A model generated the notes under the pieces. It had not been told where the DNA came from and searched no databases. It saw nothing but the letters and a program-made list of their open reading frames with translations. A program made the translations under genes and the position numbers. A DNA stretch of 63,885 nt, filler included, from Reclinomonas americana ATCC 50394 (lineage: Eukaryota): assembly GCA_048213135.1 (NCBI GenBank). It is 6 parts of 3 records of this genome, joined end to end, with 100 filler letters (N's around TTAATTAATTAA, not from the genome) between each part and the next. Parts side by side here need not be neighbours in the genome. Positions count along the whole stretch, not along the records: positions 51,112 to 55,292 come from PS015504.1; positions 55,393 to 63,885 come from PS015504.1; 4 more parts are not named here. One strand, given 5' to 3'. Of this stretch, positions 51,420 through 61,329 are shown piece by piece. Each line of letters opens with the position of its first letter. Position 1 is the first letter of the stretch.

Positions 51420-52765
51420 ATGCTCCGTGGTGGAGGCGGCAGTGTGCAGGAACGCACACCGGTGAGCCTCTCTCTCTCTCTCTCTCTGTGCTCCCATCTC
51501 GCTCTTCTCACGTGATCACACAGCTGCTGTCCCCGGCCCTCATTCGCGATCGTGGCGGCCTGTGCTCGGATGTATGCACAGTCGTTTTGTGGATCTGCAG
51601 CCTGCTGTCGCTGCTGTGCATGTGGCCGTGTCAGGTGAGTGTGTCATGCATGTGCGGAGGCACCGCAGCAGTGCAGTGACCACACAGAATGCACAGATCC
51701 GCATGGTCCGCGAGTACGAGCGTGCTGTCTTGTTCCGCCTCGGCCGACTTGTGGGGTCTGTCTCTGGGGGAAACAGGATGTGCCTCTGCTTACTCCTCAA
51801 TCTCCTCTCACTGGGAGCTCGCAGTGCCAAAGGGCCCGGACTGATCCTCGTGATGCCGTGCCTTGACAAGTGTCGTGCGTTGTCTCGTTTGTCCCTCCCT
51901 CTCCTCCCCTCCTCCCGTGGCACTCACTCATGCACACACACGCAGTGATTGTGGATCTGCGTCTGGTGCGTGCGTAGATCAAGTGTGCGCTGTGCAGGAA
52001 CGCCACTCTCACTCGCGTCCACGACAGGTGAGTCTCACCATTGCGCACCAAGAGGGCATCACCAAGGACAACGTGTCGGTGCGAGTGGACGCGGTGGTGA
52101 TGCACTACGTGGCCAACCCCATCAAGTCCGTCATGGCGGTCGAGAATGCCTCGGTGGCCACCGATCTGCTGGCGCAGACCACGCTGCGCAGCGTCGTCGG
52201 CCAGTCGGAGCTCGACGAGATTCTCGCTCATCGCGACGCCATCAACGCGCAGGTGAGGGGCCAAGGATCGGGGCACGCCCATGTTCATGTGGTTGACGTG
52301 CTCTTGCATGTAGCTGCAAAGAATACTGGACGAGGAGAGCGAGCCGTGGGGCGTGCGGGTGACTGCAGTGGAGATCCGAGATCTGCAGGTCCCTCAAAAC
52401 ATGGTGCGTTCACTGGCCTCGCAGGCCGAGGCGGAACGTCATCGGCGAGCGCGAATCATCAGCGCCGACGCCGAGTTGCAGGTGAGAGGGAGCGTTGATC
52501 ACTCCTGAGGCGCACGCTCGATTACTGAGCGTTGTGTGTGTGGCAGGCGGCACCGAGGCTTCGCGAAGCTGCCGACATTCTCGCCATGACACCTGGCGCC
52601 ACGGATCTCCGCCTCCTGCAGACCTTGGCGCAAGTGGGCGAGGAGCGCAGCAGAGTCAACGTGATTCCACTGGTAGGCCAGAGTTCGTTGTGCTCTCTCT
52701 TCAAATGCTCACTTGTGCGTTGCACGCAGCCACTGGAATTCGCAACCATGCTTGCCGCAAGTTAA
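51420..52765 (+). CDS. Stomatin (SPFH/band 7) paralogue A
   Basis: REYERAVLFRLGR, KGPGL, ITKDNVSVRVDAVV, LAQTTLRSVVG, PWGVRVTAVEIRD, QAEAERHRRARII and LRLLQTL. Confidence 0.93.
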
Positions 52766-52892
52766 TGAACGCCGACTCTAAACGAGGGGAGAAAACAAGC
52801 ACACAAGGCGCCGACTGTATCATTCACTCAACACCACAGCCATTGCCACTCAAACACAAAGAAGATGAAGAACAAGAAGAAGAACAAGACAA

Positions 52893-54760
52893 TCACAAAT
52901 TAACTTGACGAGGACCGTGCATCATCGCACCAGCCGCCGCACTGTGTCCGTGCCCACCGGCCGTGGCACCGCCACTCAGCATCGGCGTGCCGCCAGGAAT
53001 CAACGCCGAGAGCTGCACCGGAAGCGGGAACCAAATGGTGCTGGGGCCTGCGTATGTGGATGCAAAGTGAGCGAATCAGCTCGCGCAGCCTCTTGTGCGC
53101 TCTCTTCTCTCTCGAGTCTCGATGTGTTCTCTCGTTCTCTGTCTCCCAGGCAAGTGTGCACATTACTCTTCTCTTTGTTGCACACCCTCACATACACTCT
53201 CCCACTGCTTTGTTGCACATGTTATTCACAGACTGTGCACCTCGCAATCTGCTCTCCTCTCTCTTCTCACGAGCGCCTCGTGCGCACAACACCGGTTAAT
53301 CTCTCTCTCTCTCTGTATGACTCCGCAGTCGCACTTCCCACTCCCCTCTCCCCTTCTCTCTTCAAAACAACACACGCACCATCAGTGGCAATCTCCGACA
53401 CCGTCTGCATGTAGCGCAGCTGCATTGCCGCTGGATTTCCGCTCATCACCTCAGCCGCCTCGCGAACTGTTTTTTTTCACAGGTATCAGCATTAGCCTTC
53501 TCTCTCTCTCAAGCATCACCAACGAGGCAACGCAACTGCGTGTGGCCGCCTGATACTCGCCGTCGGCATTGACGACCTTGGCACGGCGATCACGCTCGGC
53601 CTCGGCCTGGCTGGCCATGGCACGCTGCAAGCTTTGCGGCAATACCACATCCTTCACCTCCACGCCCGTGATGCGCACACCCCAGTCGGCCGAGTCCTTG
53701 TCGAGAATGTCGCGAATCTTGGTGTTGATCACGTCGCGCTGCGACAGCAGCACGTCGAGCTCCACCTGGCCAATGACCGAACGCAGGGTGGTCTGTGCGA
53801 TCAGCTGCGTGGCGCGATCGTAGCCGTTGACGTTGCAGATCTGCGAGGGGCGCAAGGGTGGGTGATGGGACGGAGGAGGGAGAGTGGGGAAGGGGAAGGG
53901 GGAAGGGGGAAGGGAGAAGAGAAAAGGTTCTTCAGCAGCAAGAGAGGCAAAGAGAAGGGGAACAAAGTCGCCGAGATTCGAGATCTTGCAAACGATGAGA
54001 GTGAATCAAGAAGAGAGCGAAACAAAGAAATGGGAATGAGAGCACACAAAGCCGCTCTGATTCGAGCATTCGCACACCAGCGATGAGTGTGAACAGAAGA
54101 TGAGGAAAACCAAAGAAACAAAACAGATTTCCTTAAGTTCTCCTGCTCGAAGAAAGCAAAAAAACATACGAATAGAATGAGAGCACACGAGGCCGCTTTG
54201 TATCGAGTTCTTGTGCAGCAGCGATCAGTGTGAACAAAGAAAAAGTGGTGCGGGAAATGGAGAGGAACAAGAAGCAATTCGGTCTTCAGAAGAGGATAGA
54301 AAAGGCTTTGAGAACGGAAAAGGAACGTGTTACGAGTGGTGAAGGGAAAGAGTGCACTTCTCCGCCAGTTCAACGCACCGCCTGCTCCGGGTTGACGACC
54401 TTGTAGAAGACGACAGCATCGACCTGCACCAGCACACTATCGCGGGTCATGGACTCCTGGTTCGGCACACGGAACGAGCGCGTGCGCAGGTCCACCACAA
54501 CTACACAACGCGGAGGTGAGCAGGCTTCATGGCGTCGACCGCGGCACAGAGACAGAAGCGCAACTCATGGAATCAATGCACGGCAGCAGCACAAACAGTC
54601 CGGGTCCCTTGCAGCCGAGGAAGCGTCCAAAGCGGAAAATCACACCGCGCTCGTACTCGGATACGACGCGGATGAAGCACGGCCACAGGCACAGGAACCA
54701 CATGAAGCTCATCATGTACAGGCAGCACGTGCAGAAAGCAGTGCAGCAGCCGGCGGGCTG
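52893..54760 (-). CDS. Stomatin (SPFH/band 7) paralogue B; first exon(s) beyond the gap
   Basis: EYERGVIFRFGR, KGPGLF, MTRDSVLVQVDAVVFYKV, IAQTTLRSVIG, LQRAMASQAEAERDRRAKVV, AMQLRYMQT and STIWFPLP. Confidence 0.93.
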
Positions 54761-55392
54761 TCGCACGAGGGAGAAGGGAGGAGGGTGTAAGGGGAAGGCG
54801 GAGGGAGAAGCGGATACAGGGACGGGAATGAGGAGGGGAGAGAGAGCTGGAGAGAAGAGAACGAAGGGATGGGACGACGGGAGAAAGGATGCTGGAAAGA
54901 CAGAGAATGTAGACGGAGGACTGGCGAGAGAAAAGGGATGAGATGGAAGGCGAGACGTGAGAAAGAAGCAGTGGGTAGAACGAAGAGAGAGAGAGAGAAG
55001 GGGAGAGAGGGAGAAGGAGAGCAGGAGAGGAGGGAGAGATGGGAAGAACGAGAGAGGACGGAGAGAGTGAACAGATGGTAGAACCGAGAGAGGACGGAGA
55101 GAGTGAACAGATGGTCGGAACGGGGGAGAGAGAGGGGGAGTGCAAGGGACTGACAATGAATGGATGAGAAGGGCTTGATGGAAGGAGAGAGACAGGAACG
55201 GAGAGATAGAGGACGGAGAGAGTGAACAGGTGCTCGGAACGGAGAGAGAGAGAGGGAGAGAGAGAGGGAGTGCAAGGGACTGAGAATGAATGNNNNNNNN
55301 NNNNNNNNNNNNNNNNNNNNNNNNNNNNNNNNNNNNTTAATTAATTAANNNNNNNNNNNNNNNNNNNNNNNNNNNNNNNNNNNNNNNNNNNN

Positions 55393-56600
55393 ACTTGCCG
55401 TAGCTGCCACAGTTGAAGTCTTTGCACACGTCGACTGGGTATGGCGGTGTCTGGCAGTTCGGTCCAGAGTAGCCACCGTTGCACACACTGTATCGTCGAC
55501 GTGGAAGGAAGACAGGGAGGTGAGACCTTGCTGCTTCTCACACAGATCTCCCTCGGCATCACTCACCACTTCGGTGTGCTGTTCTCCACCACACATGTGC
55601 CGTAGCTGCCGCAGTTGAAGTTCTTGCACACATCGACTGGGTATGGCGGTGTGAGACAGTTCGCGCCAGAGTAGCCACCGTTGCACACACTGTATCATCG
55701 ACATGGAAGGAAGACAGGGAGGTGAGATCTTCCCGGCTTCCCACACCTCTCCCTCGGCATCACTCACCACTTCGGAGTGTTGTTCTCCGCTACACACTTG
55801 CCGTAGCTGCCACAGTTGAAATCCTTGCACACGTCAACTGGGTACGGCGGTGTCTGGCAGTTCGGTCCAGAGTAGCCACCGTTGCACACACTGCATTGTC
55901 GACGGGGAAGGAAGACGGGGAGGTGAGTCTTTTCTTGCTTCTCACGCGGGTCTACTTTGACATCACTCACCACTTGGGTGTGTTGTTCTCGGTCACACAT
56001 GTGCCGTAGCTGCCACACCAATAGTCCTTGCACAAGTCGACTGGGTACGGTGGCGTGAGACAGTTCGGTCCAGAGTAGCCGCCATTGCACACACTGCATC
56101 ATCGAAGTGGGAGGAAGACGAGGTGAGACCTTCCCGGCTTCCCACACCTCTCTCTCGGCATCACTCACCACTTCGGAGTGTTGTTCTCGGTCACACATGT
56201 GCCGTAGCTGCCGCAGTTGAAGTTCTTGCACACATCGACTGGGTACGGCGGTGTCTGGCAGTTTGGTCCAGAGTAGCCACCGGTGCACACACTGCATCAT
56301 TGACATGGAAGGATTACAGGGAGGTGAGTCTTTTCTTGCTTCTCACGCGGGTCTACTTTGACATCACTCACCACTTGGGTGTGTTGTTCTCCAACACACA
56401 TGTGCCGTAGCTGCCACACCAATATTCCTTGCACAAGTCGACTGGGTACGGTGGTGTCTGGCAGTTTTGTCCAGAGTAGCCGCCATTGCACACACTGTAT
56501 TACCGACGTCAGTCCTTCCCTACTTATCACACAAATCTTCCTCGGCATCACTCACCACTTGGGTGTGTTGTTCTCTACCACACACTTGCCGTAGCTGCCG
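55393..56600. repeat. Tandem ~200-bp exon+intron array, about 6 units
   Basis: catcactcaccactt(c/g)gg...gccgtagctgcc...ccagagtagc...gcacacactg recurs every ~200 bp. Confidence 0.92.
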
Positions 56601-57124
56601 CACTGCAATGCCCAGCACGGGTCTGAAGGCTGCTGTGGCGGAATCTCACAACGCGCGCCCGTCCACCCGTCGTGACACACACTGCGTCAGGGCATCAGTA
56701 CAGCAACGCACGCATCCGTTTTCCACCGCGCGCGTGAGTTGCACACGCACCATTCAGAGTGGCCATAAGCGCTGCCTGGGGTGCAAAAGCCGTGGTTGTT
56801 GCAATCGCTGTCAGTCCTGCAGCAGGCCGACTTCCGGGTGCCGCGGCCGCCGTTGTCGTCAACAAAGTCCAGGGTGTTGGCGGTCAGTTCTGTGATGATG
56901 AAACGCGAGTGATTGGTCACGTGCGGCACGATAGATGAAGCCCAGTAGCATTTTTTCACCCATCCGGCGAGAAAAGACGTCAACCGCATCGGAAGATGAC
57001 TGTGACTGCGTGCGTGTGCGCGTGTGTGCGACTCACCTTGAGCCACGGTGACATGGTACGCTGCGCATGCCACCACCAGCAGCACCACCACCAACAGGAT
57101 CCGCGAGACGCCCGCGTTCAACAT
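55393..57124 (-). CDS. Secreted/surface protein with tandem EGF-like exons; 3' end lost at linker
   Basis: Signal peptide ...ILLVVVLLVVACAAYHVTVAQ (the start is GTG/TTG-called in the ORF track; an ATG at 57124 is seen as cat at 57122-57124). At least 6 near-identical exons encode CVCNGGYSGPNCQTPPYPVDxCKxxxCGSYGxCVxENNTPK. Confidence 0.88.
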
Positions 57125-57446
57125 CGCAGTCGACGAGCACTGTCACGCGGTGCAGTTTCTCCTTCACACGCGGCAACAACAAGGGCACAAGACAAGAGAG
57201 TGACAGAGAGCGGTGACTGCTGCTGCTGCTGGATGCTTTGCCTTGGCTCACGGTCTGCGCTGAAATGAAAGATGGGAAAATTTGACCGTTGTAACGTTCT
57301 CCACTCTCTGTTCGGAAATGCACGCCAGCTTGGCCGCATTTATCGGTCATAGGCAAGCATACATGAATTTGTACATTCCATTCGCAAGTGCGTGGAGGTT
57401 TGGCATGAACGACGGACGCACGAGTAGCATGCGGCACCATGTACAT

Positions 57447-58360
57447 CACACCGTTTTCGGCAACCAGTTTCCTTCCTGTGTATTCGTTCGTGGCACTCTG
57501 CAGAAGGAGTGGAAGCGGAAGGAGAATGCGCCTTTGTTGCCATCGGACTGCAGCGGCCTAAGAATGTGCAAATTCACGTAACGCTCCCAGTTGTCGAAGA
57601 GTAATCGATTAATCAACCGAAATTTCTTTCAGGTGTGAGTGATTCCTCAGTTGAGGAGGCAACTCGGAGTGATCATGACTGATGTTCACAGGAAGCACCG
57701 GTGCGATGACTTGAAACAGCCAGTGGCGCGGTGACAATGATGTGTTGATCACAACGTCTGCAGCAAAGGTGCTCTGCGATGCACGCATTTGTTGATGTAC
57801 TGTGTGCCGCAGGCGCTCGATGATCATACACCTTCCTAATGTTGCTGCCCAGGTCACGAGTGCGGGCTGACGGTCAACAACGCTGAGATGCTGGCCAAAG
57901 CCTCGTGGGTCCTCGCAACTGGCCCTTGACCATGGCCAAGCAATTGCAAGATCATCATATGCATGATCATAGAATGTTGAAGACGAATCCCGCCTGCGCT
58001 GCCTTTCGTAAGCCGCGAGTTGGAGGACCGACCGGCGTTTCCACGCGCGCAAGGGGGACGCTGTCGGCTCCCAATACAACCCAGCGTCCCCCACAGCGTC
58101 CCCCAGCTGTTGCAGAAATGTTCGACATTTCGAATTCGAACCTGGCACCGAAGCCTCCCCCCTCCCCAGCCTGTTCTTTGTGTATTGTTGCGTACGTTGG
58201 AATGAAGAGCACACTGCATGTTCTGCTGGCAATTCCTTCCACGCACTGCGCTGCACTGCTTGGCTTGCAGCGATTGATCGCTGCGCTGCCTGTTCGATAT
58301 TTGCTGTTGTTGTCCGTCCACCAAATCTTCGTTTGGCGGCTCTCTCGTGCACCATCTTTT
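57447..58360 (-). CDS. Hypothetical protein
   Basis: The 318-codon ORF at 57609-58565 has a complex composition, with a plausible last exon (FRLINRLLFDNWERYVNLH...) ending at ~57447. No family recognised. Confidence 0.35.
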
Positions 58361-58447
58361 CTACCAGTGATTGCGAGAGGAGGCAACGTCCCCAATCTTG
58401 TTGTCTAAGTTGCGCATCCTTTGAATACCGCAAAACCTGGACACAGA

Positions 58448-60989
58448 TGTGTCGGCTGACAATGAATTCTCCGCAGCTCAACATGTCTGTTTCCGACTGC
58501 CAGTCCCGCGTCCGCGTTGCAGATGTTGTTGCATGGGCGCGCGCCCTCATCGACTCGCTGCTCAACCGCCCTGGAGGCGATCACCTGTCAAACCGCTTCC
58601 GAGACTCGCTGCCGTTGCTCAACTCTCACCCCATGCTGACCAATTTGGCCGCCATCGTCACTCTGGTGCTGGTGATCATCTCGATCTACCGCACCCGCTA
58701 CCGCCAGCAAGTGGCATTTGCCCTCGCTGACCATGGCGGACGGCTGATTAGCTCTTGCGTGGCGCTGGTGTACACCAGCTGCATTATCATCGTCGGTCCG
58801 CAGCTGGTCGATGTGAATGCTCTCATGGTACAGACCGCCTCTGCAGCAATGGCGCAGTTACAACACTGTGCAATTGCTGTCAAGGAGACGATGGCTCAGT
58901 GGCGTCGCAACTTGGTGTGGCGCACGGTGCGCCACATTGCCACCGAGTCTCTGGTGTCCACTGTGGTGTGGACAATGCAGTGCATCTTGCTGTTCAATGC
59001 CGTCGACGTACTCTTCTGTCGCCGATTGGCGGAAATTACCGTTCTAGCGTTCCACTGGTACACTTTTGTGTTTGAGTACCTCTGGTGGTATGCGGGGATC
59101 GGTTCCACCGTGTTGGCTCTCATTGTGGCCGTCGACGGCAAGTGGCTGTCCTTGTGGACATTGGTTCGCTTTGTGGTCCAAAACTTCGGGTGGACTCTGC
59201 GCATGCTGTTGAAAGTCATTTTCTCGCCTGCCACGTTCCCGTTGGTGTTGATGACGGTGCTGGACAAGTCGGCTCTCGGACTCTCCTCCGTCCACGTTGA
59301 CTCTCGCTGGTCCCCGTTCGCCGTCCTGCCGCGCATTTTCATATCGGTCCTCTGCTCTCGGGCGCTGTGGGCGTTTAGTGCAGTAGTGCTGTTGCGCAAG
59401 AGTATCTTGGCGGCTGTGTCGTGTGTGTTTCCCTGCGGTGGCTCGAGGCCAGCTCCTGAGCGTCAAGGAGCTGAGCAACAGGGAGCGCCCTCGGTCATTC
59501 ACGATGCATTCCGGTGCTTTATCTGCCGTCAAGCGCCAGTTGGCTCACTTCATGTGTTGCCTGCCGAGAACAATGTTGGTGGCCATGGAGTCGAGCGCGC
59601 GTGCTGCGATAAGTGCGTCGAGACGTTGGTAGACGATGCCGCTTGTCTGCGCCACAAGGTGTCTCGAACTCAGCTCAGTGATCAGCACGTGTTTGAGATC
59701 CCCAACGGTTCCGTCGGGTTCTGGGTGTACACTGGCATCGCCCTAAAGGCCGAGAGTCGCCGACTCATACAGCATGCGTGTCGCTACTGGCTTGCGCTGG
59801 CTGGCATCATGTGGCTGTGTGAGTGTGTGATGGGCGTCGTTGCAAGCGATGGACAATCTAGCACTGGTGTGCAGCTGCTCAATGACGTCTGCAGCGTCGT
59901 TCAGTGGTTCTTCTTCGGTCGCAGTTTTTGGGCACTTGGTCAGACCATCCTTGGTCTCTTCGTGGTTCTGTCACCGACTGGCTCTGTGCAGGCGGCGCGG
60001 GAGCGAGCCGGCAAACCTCCAGGCAGCGCGGTCGGTTCGATGTTTGCTGCACTCGTGCGATTCGTGCTCGACGACGGTGACGGTGCGCCGGGGTCTTTCA
60101 CGCCAGGCACGAGTGTGGCCGGTCAGCGCTGCGTTTCTGCAGCTGTCGACGCCATCAAGCGTCGCACAGGTTGCAGCACGTTCCGCCTGACACGCCCGCT
60201 GTTGGTGGTGCATCTGTGTCTCTCAGTTGCCTTCAGCCAGGTGTGGTGGCGACTGGCATGCGCCTCAGGCGTATTCTTCCCACATGCAGTCGTAGCTTTC
60301 ATCGAGAAGGAGCGCATTGAGTTATTCTTGCCAAGTTCACCGCACGTGTTGCTCGCTCGAAATCTGCCGCTTGCCATGATTGTGGTGGGTGTGTGGATTC
60401 TGTGTGAACTTGCCCCTCTTGTGTGGGCTTGGCTGCGTCACGGGTTTACCGAGTTGTTCGGCAAGGCCGCTGGGATTATCGCCGTGTTTCTGCTCCTTTT
60501 GGGCTCTGTTGGCATCCTGATGGTCACCGTCGTCAAGATTCCTTGGCGAGACGACTACTCGCATGGCATGCTGATCGGGTCGGTGGCGCTTGTGTTCTTC
60601 GCGTCCAGCGTACTGCTGGTGCGCTTCAGCACATTCACCACACATCCGCTGGATGGCGAGCTGGTTGTTCACGGAGTGGCCCCGGTACCCGACGGCGCAG
60701 ACAACAGCCTCGTGGTTGCTACCAACACGGTAGTTGCGTGCATTTGTACTGCCGCGTGTTCGTGGGCCAAGTAGTCACTAATTTTTCTCGATGTGTTGAG
60801 CATGCGCAGTTGGTGAACCGCCAGTGCACCGTCGATCAAATGCTGCGCGACATTGTCGGAGGCTGGGAACGCATCATGAACGGTTTCCAGGCCAAAGCCA
60901 CTGCCTTTGCGGCCCACGCTGCCATGATGGACGCGTTGAACAACGTTAACGCAAACGTTCACGAAATCGACGATGATGAGGCCGATTAG
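58448..60989 (+). CDS. Multi-pass membrane protein with central RING-like Cys/His cluster; almost intronless; start uncertain
   Basis: An 864-codon ORF with many hydrophobic segments and FRCFIC...H...CCDKC. A probable short last exon ends EIDDDEAD* at 60989. Confidence 0.7.
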
Positions 60990-61329
60990 CTCGCAGCGTC
61001 GTATTAATATTCCTGCCGTATGCATTTCTCTACCCGCTGCCCGTCGTTGGAGGTGTATTTGCTTGTACACTCAACAATGAAGTCGTCGGACTGCAAGCAA
61101 AACCAGAGAGCTCACTGTGCCATTCGCGAAGAAATCAAATTCGATCTGCAGCTCCTCTCCTGACTGATCCTGCGCACCAATGTGCACACACACCTCTTCT
61201 TCGCCCACCACGCCACTGATCGCTTCTCCTTTGCCTTCTCCTTCCCCTCTGCTGATCCATCAAGTCGTCGCTGATGACCGCGAATGACACCCACCCCATC
61301 ACGAAGACGTTACGCACAATCAAACAGCA

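Noticed and set aside
12026..55348. Five copies of TTAATTAATTAA as a possible repeat or target-site motif
   Set aside because: Always flanked by N runs with stops in six frames, so it is an artificial contig linker.
55393..56600. Regularly spaced repeats as a CRISPR-like array
   Set aside because: The units are ~200-bp coding EGF exons plus GT-AG introns, with no unique spacers, in a eukaryotic context.
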